Virus record (IMG/VR): IMGVR_UViG_3300033997_000243
Span: 186,001 to 250,000 of that record
Reading direction: 5' to 3' (one strand)
DNA length: 64,000 nucleotides
How positions within the stretch are numbered: position 1 is the first letter of the stretch; the number at the start of each line of letters is the position of its first letter. The position numbers were made by a program, and so were the translations under genes. Shown here piece after piece: positions 48,788 to 57,896 of this stretch. The notes below the pieces were generated by a model. That model was not told the DNA's origin. It saw nothing but the letters and a program-made list of their open reading frames with translations, and searched no databases.

Positions 48788-49738
48788 ATGTATTTTGCAG
48801 CAGAAAATGCGAATATGGTAAGTATGCAAGCGCAAGCTGGCACACAATGGAATCTTTTTCTGATGACTGGTGATGTTCCAACTTCAGTAAATGAAGTTCA
48901 TACAGAAATCGGCTTGTCAGATATGAAAGGCATTTATGCAAATGCCATTGCAGGTTTACGTTTACTGTCTGTAAACAGCACAACATACGGAACAGAATTA
49001 GTTGCATTTGAAAACGTAGCTCAACTTTTCACACTTAAAATGCACGGTGCAAGATCTACTAATGGTCTGGCTGGCATTCAACTGTTACCACAATCTATTG
49101 ATTCAAACATTCAAGGACTGGAAAAACCAGCTGGTTTTGTGAATGGATTAGAATCTATGGCACTGGCTCCAGCAACAGCCACAACTCATATAACAACTGA
49201 TGGTTGGATTGAATATGATTTTGGTGATGCTGTTAGTGTGAACCGTGTTGTATACGGAAATTTTGTTACTACCACAAGAAATCCAAGCACAATGGCGATT
49301 GAATATTTGAACGGAAGTGCTTGGGTTGTAGCAGCCACAGGCATCGCTGTTAAAACGTACAATGCCGCTGGTATTGAATCAACTTTTGCTCCAATAAGTG
49401 CGCGTCGTTGGAGAGTTCGTTTTCTGGATAACACCGGAACTGTTGCAGCAAATACATTAGTGTATAACTATATTCGCTTCTTTGCTTCGGCAGTACCAAG
49501 TAATGTAATGTCAAAAGAAAATATTCCTGTAACCTGGGGTATTTTAGTTCCGGCAGCTCCAGTAGCTTCTATCTACGAAAGTTTGTTTGCTCAACGTGTA
49601 CCCGCATTTATTTTTACATTAGGTGGGCCAGCTGACGGTGGCGTGGGTTTATTAAACCGCAGTAGCGGAACAATCGAAGATATTTTTAGTGTTATCAGTC
49701 TTAAACTTAAAACTGCTGTAGTCACGGAGGTAGCATAA
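48788..49738 (+). CDS. array member, long type with F5/8 type C (discoidin)-like domain
   Basis: LMTG.VP; WIEYDFG..V.V...IEY.NGSAW...ISARRWRV. Confidence 0.7.
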   Translation: MYFAAENANMVSMQAQAGTQWNLFLMTGDVPTSVNEVHTEIGLSDMKGIYANAIAGLRLLSVNSTTYGTELVAFENVAQLFTLKMHGARSTNGLAGIQLLPQSIDSNIQGLEKPAGFVNGLESMALAPATATTHITTDGWIEYDFGDAVSVNRVVYGNFVTTTRNPSTMAIEYLNGSAWVVAATGIAVKTYNAAGIESTFAPISARRWRVRFLDNTGTVAANTLVYNYIRFFASAVPSNVMSKENIPVTWGILVPAAPVASIYESLFAQRVPAFIFTLGGPADGGVGLLNRSSGTIEDIFSVISLKLKTAVVTEVA

Positions 49739-50274
49739 TGTTATTAGCAACTGATGCGATGATTCCACTGTTGAATCAATCACCAATTTTAGGTGTAACA
49801 AACCGCAAAATGCTTACTCTGTATGATGGCACCATGCCAACAAAAGAAGATTTGGAAGCTGCTTTATATTCCACTACTTCAGGATCAGGTATTGCAAGTA
49901 CAACTCGCGGTTTGTATCGTCAAGATCTTATTCACAATCTTGCACTTGCAAAAGGCGGGATATTACGTGGTTACGTAAACTATCCAACAAACTTTGCACT
50001 TCAAATGCAAGGTGCAAACAAATTGCGCTTTCCATTATCCGAACGTCCAGAAGAATTGATTAAGTCTGCGATTGGTAACGTAACTTATTTTATTCTGGCA
50101 GTTGTTGCCAGTACAGTTGTTGCCCCAACAACTAACGGTGCAGTTCACTGGGTAGGTATTGGTACTGTTGGTGCGGCTGGAAGTGGGGCTGATATGATTT
50201 TGTTCGGCGGCGCAATTGATAATACACGCGCAGTTAAAATGAATGATCAAATATTCACTTTTGACGGAGTATAA
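49738..50274 (+). CDS. array member, short scaffold type
   Basis: LYDGTMPT; GTVG..GSGADM. Confidence 0.6.
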   Translation: MLLATDAMIPLLNQSPILGVTNRKMLTLYDGTMPTKEDLEAALYSTTSGSGIASTTRGLYRQDLIHNLALAKGGILRGYVNYPTNFALQMQGANKLRFPLSERPEELIKSAIGNVTYFILAVVASTVVAPTTNGAVHWVGIGTVGAAGSGADMILFGGAIDNTRAVKMNDQIFTFDGV

Positions 50275-50276
50275 CC

Positions 50277-51185
50277 ATGATATTCCATTCAGGAGTTAAC
50301 GCACCCAATAGTATTCAAGACTATTTCGGTGCTTCTGGATGGCATTCATTTTTCTTTTCGGCAGCGGATTTGGGTTTAACTCTTCCAGTTAGTTTTGAGG
50401 AATTGACGGAAGAGTTTTTAAAATTCAATCCGCACGATGTAGATGCGTTGATTAATAACTGTCGAGCAGTATCATTACTGACCTCAAGTGTTGTTAATGG
50501 AAACTTGGTATATAATCACGCATCTTCATTAATTCCTATGAGAAAAATGGGGCCAGATGTTTCCAATCCAAGATACGGCAATGATCCCCTTTATCAAGGC
50601 CGCATTTTAAATGTTTGGAGTACAGGAGACAGAACTCAATTTACTTTTGCTGAGAAATGTGCGCTACTTGGTAGACAATCAACTTATGTGACTTTTGCTC
50701 AAACAGCATTAGGTCATAAAATAGAATTAGACTGTTCCGCGCAAAAGATAAATTTTATTGACATGGATTTTGGTTCTGTTGTTCCAAACTTCAATATCAA
50801 AACCGTGGCTAATGGAGTAGAGCTTGAACACGTTGTTACTAAAGTAGCGAACAATCGTTTCATGTTCAATAACACAAGAACAGATGTAACTAAAGTTATT
50901 ATCGAGTTTACAGCCGGACAACCAGCTTTTGATCTAAAATCTATTAAGATCATGACAGATAATATTAATGGACATTCAGCAGTATCAATTAATTTTGCTC
51001 TGTTACGTCCAGTAAGTGTAACCGGCAGTTTATTACCAGTAGGTGCAGATTATCCTTTCATGGTAATATCTTCTGGTGGAACAAATGCAACAACGGAAAT
51101 GCGTTTAGACATAGGAACAAAGCAATCTGGCGAAGATGTTGTTGTAATGCACTGTCAAATTCGTCCTCAAGTAGTGGAGATTTAA
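50277..51185 (+). CDS. array member, long type
   Basis: MIFHSG.N start; beta-sandwich insert; G......E.RL end. Confidence 0.55.
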   Translation: MIFHSGVNAPNSIQDYFGASGWHSFFFSAADLGLTLPVSFEELTEEFLKFNPHDVDALINNCRAVSLLTSSVVNGNLVYNHASSLIPMRKMGPDVSNPRYGNDPLYQGRILNVWSTGDRTQFTFAEKCALLGRQSTYVTFAQTALGHKIELDCSAQKINFIDMDFGSVVPNFNIKTVANGVELEHVVTKVANNRFMFNNTRTDVTKVIIEFTAGQPAFDLKSIKIMTDNINGHSAVSINFALLRPVSVTGSLLPVGADYPFMVISSGGTNATTEMRLDIGTKQSGEDVVVMHCQIRPQVVEI

Positions 51186-51187
51186 TT

Positions 51188-51679
51188 ATGATTGGATTAT
51201 CCACTAGCATGAAAGCTTTACTTGGAGCCAAGTACGAACAAACAGCTGTAGCTAAAAAAGTAATGTGGGTTATGGGAGGCACTATGCCAACTCAAGCTCA
51301 AATTGCTGCATTAGTTCAGGCTGATGGTTCAATAAGTAGTAACGCATTAAAAGCATTAGGTACTTTAAGATTAAGTGTTACATATCCAGCCACTGTTGTT
51401 CCATTACGTACCGGAATAAACCTAGTAAGTTGGTTATTAAGTCAACGCGGTGAAACTTTCACAGTTAACTCACCTGGTGCTGCCGATTGGTTTGTTTTTA
51501 TGTATGTGCAAACTAACATCAACGAACCGAACTACACAACAGACGCCAAGATTTATCAATGTTTCATCGGTAAAGTTGGTGACATAGGTGAAACTGGAGT
51601 CGATATGGAATTATTAGGTTCAATGATTGAATCTGATAAACTATATAAAACTACAGACTTTGAAATTAAATCTATATAA
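51188..51679 (+). CDS. array member, short scaffold type
   Basis: MGGTMPT; G.ADWF; GKVGD...G.DM. Confidence 0.6.
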   Translation: MIGLSTSMKALLGAKYEQTAVAKKVMWVMGGTMPTQAQIAALVQADGSISSNALKALGTLRLSVTYPATVVPLRTGINLVSWLLSQRGETFTVNSPGAADWFVFMYVQTNINEPNYTTDAKIYQCFIGKVGDIGETGVDMELLGSMIESDKLYKTTDFEIKSI

Positions 51680-51685
51680 GTATTT

Positions 51686-51699
51686 GGGGCTTCGGCCCC
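51686..51699 (+). terminator. C(UUCG)G hairpin
   Basis: GGGGC-TTCG-GCCCC with no clear U-tract. Confidence 0.45.
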
Positions 51700-51718
51700 T
51701 CTACTTAAGGAAAAATTT

Positions 51719-52849
51719 ATGCTGACCGCAGGATTAAATGAAAACTTAGTAAGAACATTAATTAACACTGCAACAATTAATTCCATAACACATCAAAGTG
51801 TTTTGTATATGTTTAGCGGTTCAGTTCCACCAAGTCTTGAATCATTAGATTTGAATGTAGGTTCCTTGACAGAAAATCTCAAGTCGCTACTTCAAAGCGC
51901 CGATGGTGTATGTTTTCCAAATATAGCTCTGGATAAATCAGATGGTTTGAAAATAAAGGCAAATATATCAAGCGGTGATTTTGGTGGAATAAGAGAAAAG
52001 ATTGGGACAAAGAAAGGAGCTTATATTCCAGATATTTCACAACAAGTATTTGATCTTAATACTTCTGGAAATAGAGCTTTAGGTGATTGTGTCTTATATA
52101 GATTAAATAATGCTTGGGCAGATTGGCAAGCTGGAACGGGCTTGCCTGCACTCGTTATTCCTCCTGTGTTACCTCCACTGGATTCAGTAAATTCATTATT
52201 GCAGATGACTGGAATAAATTGTCAATCGGGTCAAAAAATACGTACATTTGAACAATTGGATTCTTATGGAACTTATTTAGGCCGTAGAGGATCTACAACA
52301 GCAGGTGTTACTAACGATAGCCACAGAGCACACACTGCTATAGTGTTTGATGAACCAGTTCAAGCGGATTTTCTTTTATTCAGAATGCTTTGCCAAAATA
52401 ACGTGGCTACAAGAACTTTTTCAAACGTATCTTTAATTTTGCCAAATAATTCGATAGTGGAATTGCCTACATTCACGGCAACACAAAATATAAGTTACGT
52501 ACTCAACTTTACAAAAACTTTGATAAAGGGTTTACGTTTGGCAACAACACATCAAACTTTTAGTTCAACCCAAGCCAGATTCTATGCAACTTACTTTACG
52601 GCAGGTCTTAAAGATTGGGAATTAGAATCTGACTTAAGTGATAACACGAGAAATCCTTTTACTTGGGGTATTTTAGTGCCAACACCAGATCCAACTGCTT
52701 CGGCCTTAACCGAAAGAAAATTACCTTTAGCCTTGGTTACAATAGGTGATCCAGCAAGCGGCGCTGATATAGAATTCAATGGAAGATCTGAACATTATAT
52801 CAGACCAAATTGCATTGTAAACAAACAATTGTTTGAACTTAATTTATAA
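51719..52849 (+). CDS. array member, long type (close paralogue of 45276)
   Basis: MLTAGLNE, MFSG.VPP, RALGDC, H...FDEP..ADF, IG...SGADI. Confidence 0.65.
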   Translation: MLTAGLNENLVRTLINTATINSITHQSVLYMFSGSVPPSLESLDLNVGSLTENLKSLLQSADGVCFPNIALDKSDGLKIKANISSGDFGGIREKIGTKKGAYIPDISQQVFDLNTSGNRALGDCVLYRLNNAWADWQAGTGLPALVIPPVLPPLDSVNSLLQMTGINCQSGQKIRTFEQLDSYGTYLGRRGSTTAGVTNDSHRAHTAIVFDEPVQADFLLFRMLCQNNVATRTFSNVSLILPNNSIVELPTFTATQNISYVLNFTKTLIKGLRLATTHQTFSSTQARFYATYFTAGLKDWELESDLSDNTRNPFTWGILVPTPDPTASALTERKLPLALVTIGDPASGADIEFNGRSEHYIRPNCIVNKQLFELNL

Positions 52850-52863
52850 CATAAGGAAATAAA

Positions 52864-53211
52864 ATGGAGCAAGTAACAGCAACTCAACTACTTGGCCCAC
52901 TGATGAAATATTCATGGGATTATCTTATCTTAGCCTACGCATTTACTTTGCTTGGTGTAGCAATACACTGGGTTAAAAAATGTGTGCAGGATAAACTGGA
53001 CTTTGTGAAATACTGGACTTGCAACAAGCAAAGCAGTATTTTAGTTGTCTTAACTACAACAGCTGGTTATTTTACCACGCTTATCATTGATCCGAATCCA
53101 AATTTAATGACGTTTATTGGTATTAGTTATATGGCCGATAGCATATTAAACAGGGACGGTGGCCCAAAGGTGAATCCAAATGTCAGAACTCCAGACGAAC
53201 CAAGTTATTGA
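52864..53211 (+). CDS. putative holin
   Basis: small protein with 2-3 TM helices and a charged C-tail at the head of the lysis cluster. Confidence 0.6.
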   Translation: MEQVTATQLLGPLMKYSWDYLILAYAFTLLGVAIHWVKKCVQDKLDFVKYWTCNKQSSILVVLTTTAGYFTTLIIDPNPNLMTFIGISYMADSILNRDGGPKVNPNVRTPDEPSY

Positions 53212-53542
53212 AGTTAAAGAAGTGTGGTATAAAAAGTGGGGTAAGTATATTCTTATGGGATTACTTGCTATACTTACACTGGGCGCGTATGCTTATGCAG
53301 CGCGTTCAAAAAACCCTACGGCTACAACTGATAAACTTGATGAAATCGACAGAGATATTATTGAGGATAAAATTGTTGATGCGAATGCTGTAGGAAAAGA
53401 AATAGAGGCAGAGCAATCCGATATGCAACAAATTAAGGTTGCTGGTCAAGATGCTTTTGATTCTGTTGCAGATCAAGCAGTTAATAAAACCGATGATCAA
53501 AAGATTGCGGATTTTAATGCAAGTATGAAAAAACGGAGATAG
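53180..53542 (+). CDS. putative inner-membrane spanin (i-spanin)
   Basis: basic N-terminus, one TM, helical periplasmic part. Confidence 0.55.
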   Translation: MSELQTNQVIEVKEVWYKKWGKYILMGLLAILTLGAYAYAARSKNPTATTDKLDEIDRDIIEDKIVDANAVGKEIEAEQSDMQQIKVAGQDAFDSVADQAVNKTDDQKIADFNASMKKRR

Positions 53543-53545
53543 TCA

Positions 53546-54055
53546 ATGGCTACAGAAAATTACTTGGTAAAACATTCAGAGCAAATTTCTGTAGCCAATG
53601 CCTTCTCTGCGAAATTTCACAATAGTCTGAAAATCGAAGCACATGATGGCGGCTACAAGTTTAATTTACTTGCAGATTTTAGTATGGATTTTTGTTGGGA
53701 CATAGAAAATAATTGCCCTATACTTCCAACAGATAATAAGTTACGTAAGTTCAAGATCGCGACGTTAACAGCAAGAGAAGGTTTTGAATCTGATCTTATT
53801 AGTAGTCCTCGATTCCTATGGTCGCTGTTTCCTCCATTTGGTAGTGGACTAAAGGCATCGGTTATTCATGATCTACTTTATAGAAATGATATTCCTTCTC
53901 CATCAGGGCAATTTTACACGCAGAAAGATGCGGACTTAATTTTTAAAATAGGTTTAATTGTTGAAGGCGTAACCGACAGAAAATCTTGGGCAATGTACAA
54001 TGCACTTCGTTTAGTTGGATTTCGTGCTTGGGAAGAAAACAGGGGAATGAAATGA
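53546..54055 (+). CDS. DUF1353-family protein
   Basis: GF.SDL.S.PR..W..FPP.G....A.V.HD.LY and AD..F...M..A.R..G. Confidence 0.85.
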   Translation: MATENYLVKHSEQISVANAFSAKFHNSLKIEAHDGGYKFNLLADFSMDFCWDIENNCPILPTDNKLRKFKIATLTAREGFESDLISSPRFLWSLFPPFGSGLKASVIHDLLYRNDIPSPSGQFYTQKDADLIFKIGLIVEGVTDRKSWAMYNALRLVGFRAWEENRGMK

Positions 54056-54516
54056 AATACGCTCTAATTGTTTTATCAATGTTTCTTTTTGGATGTGCTA
54101 GTGCGCCAGAGCCAAGAGAAATACAGACCAAAAAGATTGCAGAATTCGTACACAAAGAAGTAACTCCTGTGAGTATTCCAGAAGCCTTCACGCATGATGT
54201 AGGTAAGTACAAAGACGCCAACGGTAAAACATGGGCGCTTGTTGATCCAGATGATTTGGTAAAAATAGAGCAAGCGTATATCAGTGCTGAATCTAATGCA
54301 GCACTTGTGGAACAGGCCAATTTAATTTTAGAATTAACTGTCCAACGCGCAAACTTAATTCGTGAGCTTGCAGAGCTAGAGGAATACAGAGCATTGAAAA
54401 TGGAAGTTGTTTTAAAGGATGAAAGGGAAAGCAGAAGGGAAGAACAGTTGCGGAATAGTATTGAAAGCATAACACTGAAAATAATTACTGCACTTGCATT
54501 AGTCGTAGCAATATGA
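54052..54516 (+). CDS. lipoprotein, putative outer-membrane spanin
   Basis: start MKYAL at 54052; lipobox LFG-C; coiled coil; hydrophobic C-terminus. Confidence 0.6.
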   Translation: MKYALIVLSMFLFGCASAPEPREIQTKKIAEFVHKEVTPVSIPEAFTHDVGKYKDANGKTWALVDPDDLVKIEQAYISAESNAALVEQANLILELTVQRANLIRELAELEEYRALKMEVVLKDERESRREEQLRNSIESITLKIITALALVVAI

Positions 54517-54551
54517 GAAAGGGGAGCCATTACGGTTCCCTTTTCTTTTTT
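54517..54551 (+). terminator. terminator ending the late operon at the convergent junction
   Basis: GGGGAGCC...GGTTCCCT hairpin with a long U-tract. Confidence 0.75.
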
Positions 54552-54563
54552 CAACAAGTAAAT

Positions 54564-55397
54564 TTAAACTCGTGATCCAAAATCACGCATGGCTCCTGTA
54601 GGATCTGCGATGAATAACTCTCCAAGTAAAGATCCTTTTATATTTGGGTTGACTTCCCAAGTAGCGCGACGTATGAATAAATTAACGCGACATTTTAAAA
54701 AGGTATCATCATCGAAAACCGAACTTATCGAAATAAAGAGAGGTGCATTATGTGCAATGCTCGACATCTTTAAAGAATTAAGTCGGTCAATTGGATTCAT
54801 TGATTTATTTTTTACTGCTTTATATCTCCAAGCTAACTCTTCAGATATATAACCAATACATCTTCCAAGTTCAAAATAATCAGCGTTTCCTGAATTTGGA
54901 ATACCATCACACAAAACCACGGTGAATCCAGAATTCATTAGAATTCGTGCAGCTGTCTGATTTCCTGATTCAAACATTTCCACAGTAAAGGCTGCTTTAA
55001 AGGCTGTTAAAGTTTCACATATACTTCTTACATGATCTTCAACATTTGCATTCGGCACATCAATATGAAAATAATCTTTTGACTGTGTAGAATTCTGACC
55101 TAAATTAAATTCTTCTGAGAAGCTAGATATATAGCTCACTAAAGCTCTTAACAAATAAGATTTACCGGATCTTTGACCTATAAGAAGGCTAGATGTCAAA
55201 GCCTGTTCCCTGTAGTAACTAGCATCTAACTGCAAGTTACCAACATCTAAATAAGTGCAAGGTTTCGGAATGTTTATACCGTCTCTTTTTAAGAATTCAT
55301 CAGGCTTAACTTGACCGAATATCTGACTTCCAATCAAAATTAAATCAGGCCACATTCCATCATGGTATTTTGTACAAAATTGGAAAAAAGATTGCAT
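54564..55397 (-). CDS. truncated terminase-large-subunit-like ATPase domain
   Basis: Walker A GQRSGKS, degenerate Walker B (YISEELA), ISISS and TWEVNP...DP..A.RDFG; no nuclease domain. Confidence 0.6.
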   Translation of the reverse strand: MQSFFQFCTKYHDGMWPDLILIGSQIFGQVKPDEFLKRDGINIPKPCTYLDVGNLQLDASYYREQALTSSLLIGQRSGKSYLLRALVSYISSFSEEFNLGQNSTQSKDYFHIDVPNANVEDHVRSICETLTAFKAAFTVEMFESGNQTAARILMNSGFTVVLCDGIPNSGNADYFELGRCIGYISEELAWRYKAVKNKSMNPIDRLNSLKMSSIAHNAPLFISISSVFDDDTFLKCRVNLFIRRATWEVNPNIKGSLLGELFIADPTGAMRDFGSRV

Positions 55398-55406
55398 AAT
55401 TTACCC

Positions 55407-56279
55407 TCAGTCATTCAATATTTGTTTATTGAATATAAATAAGTATTCATTGTCTGATGGAACAGGGCTACCGAACTCACACTGAACAACCTTTGGAAAT
55501 GCAATTCCTTGTAAGCAAAAACCAATTGAGTCCAAGTCCAAAGCTTCCGTCAGCTCTACTATATTATTCAAATCTTTTGAGTTTGGTGCAATTCGAGTTA
55601 CCCAAAATTTAGTCTGTCTCTTATCAAGTTTAATGCCTTCAAAGATGCCAGTGATTCTTTCTATAGTGGTATAAGAATCCAAGAAAAACAGTTTTGGTTG
55701 TTTTTCGCGCCACTCTTTATATACCCTTATATCCAGCAATGTAGGATCTGCTGGAATAACTGCTGAAATAGATTTAACGCTGATTGCGAAATATTCCGAA
55801 GATGCAGTTCCCATGTGAAAAGCAAAGGAAATAGGTGCGTTAAAGAAATCACACAATTTCTTAGTAACGTGCTTTATCTTTGGTCGATTTAAAATTTCTT
55901 GATTTTGTGAATAAGAAATATGTTTGGCCAAATGTGCAGGTTTTGTATTATGCTTAGCACGAATAGCCTCAATATTATTTTCAGCGCGATTTATTTCACT
56001 TTTAAAAATTGATTCAAGTGAAACGCTATGCAAATCACACACTGATAATAATGTAATCAGTGTACCTGCTGCTTCCTGGTCTACTTCACCTTTTGGTCGG
56101 CTGTAAACGTGATCTAAAATACTATCCATTTGATCCCGCGATAATCCTATAGCCTGACACAATTCTACACATTCTTCTGCAAAACGAAAACTGCGTTCAC
56201 TCTTGTCATTTGTGTGTTCAACACCAAAACAATTAGTAAGCCAGTTTCTAACCCTGACTTTCATCTGCTGTAAATTCAT
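55407..56279 (-). CDS. MazG-like nucleotide pyrophosphohydrolase fused to an unknown domain
   Basis: RF.EE..EL.QA and V.QE..G motifs; start MNLQQ by GGAG SD. Confidence 0.7.
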   Translation of the reverse strand: MNLQQMKVRVRNWLTNCFGVEHTNDKSERSFRFAEECVELCQAIGLSRDQMDSILDHVYSRPKGEVDQEAAGTLITLLSVCDLHSVSLESIFKSEINRAENNIEAIRAKHNTKPAHLAKHISYSQNQEILNRPKIKHVTKKLCDFFNAPISFAFHMGTASSEYFAISVKSISAVIPADPTLLDIRVYKEWREKQPKLFFLDSYTTIERITGIFEGIKLDKRQTKFWVTRIAPNSKDLNNIVELTEALDLDSIGFCLQGIAFPKVVQCEFGSPVPSDNEYLFIFNKQILND

Positions 56280-56769
56280 CAACTTTCTCCTGTGTGCCAA
56301 TCACATCCGACATAAATTGTTTTGCTTTTAACACAACATGAGTGCAGCCTTGTTGCTCAACACAACTGGTTAAAAAGTTTGCCCAGTTCTTGTTCATCAT
56401 GGTTAAGAATTCTTTTGGAGATCCGCGCTTAGCGTAACGCTGCATATACTCCACTTTTAAATTCTTTTCAGGATAAACCAGAGTGAAGTCAATTCCAGCA
56501 TCTACCAAAGCTTGACGCACAGCATCATGCGAACTAACAAGCAAATAATCACATTGGTAACGAGCTTCTTCAATGTGTTTAATGTAATTTGCCGGAAAAT
56601 CATCTTTAGGGAATTTTGAACTGTCGCTATCCATAACAGTAAAGCCTAATTCCTGTTGACGATTGAAAAAGTGAGTTTTGCCAATCCCAGGAAATCCACA
56701 AATAATTTGAGCGCTTTTTTGCGGAACTGACTTAGGTTTGTTTTTGTTTAATGATACCAAAATTTTCAT
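56248..56769 (-). CDS. P-loop nucleotide-kinase-like protein with MKILVSL leader
   Basis: IICGFPGIGKT, DSDSS.F and R...RG motifs. Confidence 0.75.
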   Translation of the reverse strand: MKILVSLNKNKPKSVPQKSAQIICGFPGIGKTHFFNRQQELGFTVMDSDSSKFPKDDFPANYIKHIEEARYQCDYLLVSSHDAVRQALVDAGIDFTLVYPEKNLKVEYMQRYAKRGSPKEFLTMMNKNWANFLTSCVEQQGCTHVVLKAKQFMSDVIGTQEKVDEFTADESQG

Positions 56770-56783
56770 AATTGTTTCCTTCC

Positions 56784-56990
56784 CTAGTTTTTAACAAGAG
56801 GAATATTAATCGATAAATCTTGCACAGTGGCGTCACGATATACTTTGTGTTGATTCATATTTGAAGCCAACTCAATTTGATATACAAGTAAAACAGTGCC
56901 ATCTTCTAAAGTGTGAGGGCGCAATCGTGAATTTCCTGTAGGAAAATATTTAGTTTCTGGATGCGGTGGAACATTAGAGCTTGTTGACAT
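56784..56990 (-). CDS. small hypothetical phage protein
   Basis: AAGGA SD; packed operon. Confidence 0.6.
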   Translation of the reverse strand: MSTSSNVPPHPETKYFPTGNSRLRPHTLEDGTVLLVYQIELASNMNQHKVYRDATVQDLSINIPLVKN

Positions 56991-57003
56991 TAAATTAATT
57001 CCT

Positions 57004-57519
57004 TTAACAGACTAATTGCTGCGGTTGAGGTTTTAATTCCAAAGAGTTTAACGCATCCATTGCTGGAATGCTGTGCCAACTGTAAACTAAAGCCCTTAAC
57101 TTCACATCAGGTTGAATGCACTTGTTTTGTTTAACAAGTTTAATCACGCTTGCAATAAAGTTGTCTATCATTGCCGTTTTCGCGTTTGGATCAGATTTTA
57201 ACGCAAGCTCAGCAACAAATTTATAATTACGTGCAGCAAACGGACGTTGCATTAAAATCCAATCACGCGAAGATGAAGCAATACGTAACTGAATTATCTC
57301 ACGATCCGAATAACCATAGGCTATACATAAATCAGCGTGATATTTAGTGTAGCGCTTTACACCATCAAAAACAACTGGAATACTCACACCATATTTAGCA
57401 GCGGATTCACTAACAGACAGGCTACCACACAAGACGTCATGCACAGCATGTACACTTTTACTTATTACAGGCTTGGCCTTGATCATGTTGTAAATTGTCC
57501 AAAATTGATCTGAAGTCAT
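57004..57519 (-). CDS. HTH DNA-binding protein (TrfB/KorA-like N-terminus)
   Basis: MT..QF...A..DVL..G.S..E.A.KYGVS...V...VKR. Confidence 0.55.
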   Translation of the reverse strand: MTSDQFWTIYNMIKAKPVISKSVHAVHDVLCGSLSVSESAAKYGVSIPVVFDGVKRYTKYHADLCIAYGYSDREIIQLRIASSSRDWILMQRPFAARNYKFVAELALKSDPNAKTAMIDNFIASVIKLVKQNKCIQPDVKLRALVYSWHSIPAMDALNSLELKPQPQQLVC

Positions 57520-57534
57520 AGAGTGCCGTAACCT

Positions 57535-57663
57535 TTAATCTAGTTCTTTTGCTACATAACTGAGTGCGTTGCTTGCCACGAGTAAAGTAGATACTACAAT
57601 TGTACTTGCAATGTAAATAAGTACAGCACGAATAAAAGGATTCATCTTTTTCATATACATCAT
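57535..57663 (-). CDS. small membrane peptide, 42 aa (MMYMKKMNPFIRAVLIYIAS...)
   Basis: ATGA overlap with the upstream stop; one TM helix; not in the ORF track. Confidence 0.5.
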   Translation of the reverse strand: MMYMKKMNPFIRAVLIYIASTIVVSTLLVASNALSYVAKELD

Positions 57664-57878
57664 TTTGTTTGTTTTCCCTGATCTCCACGCCACACTAAAG
57701 CATCAGCTTGTCCAGTAAATACTTTCCAAGCTAAACTTAAACGAGTACGTAAACTTGGAAGCGATAATGGACGAGAAGCAGTCCAACAACTTGCACCCTG
57801 ACGAGTAATTTGTGTTTGCGTTTCAGAGTCCCGAATATCATCGGCTTGAAACAATTGAGGAGTTTGATACTCAAACAT
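57660..57878 (-). CDS. small conserved-type phage protein
   Basis: W..SRP...RL..AW.VFTG.ADA..W; GGAG SD before MFEYQ. Confidence 0.65.
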   Translation of the reverse strand: MFEYQTPQLFQADDIRDSETQTQITRQGASCWTASRPLSLPSLRTRLSLAWKVFTGQADALVWRGDQGKQTK

Positions 57879-57896
57879 AATAATCTCCAATAGGAA

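Noticed and set aside
42464-52849. Diversity-generating retroelement or invertible tail-fibre system
   Set aside because: No reverse transcriptase, recombinase, near-identical TR/VR pair or inverted gene copies were seen; the paralogy is old and at protein level.
57458-57688. 76-aa Cys-rich ORF from the track
   Set aside because: It overlaps both neighbours substantially; the 57535..57663 frame fits better (ATGA coupling, TM helix).
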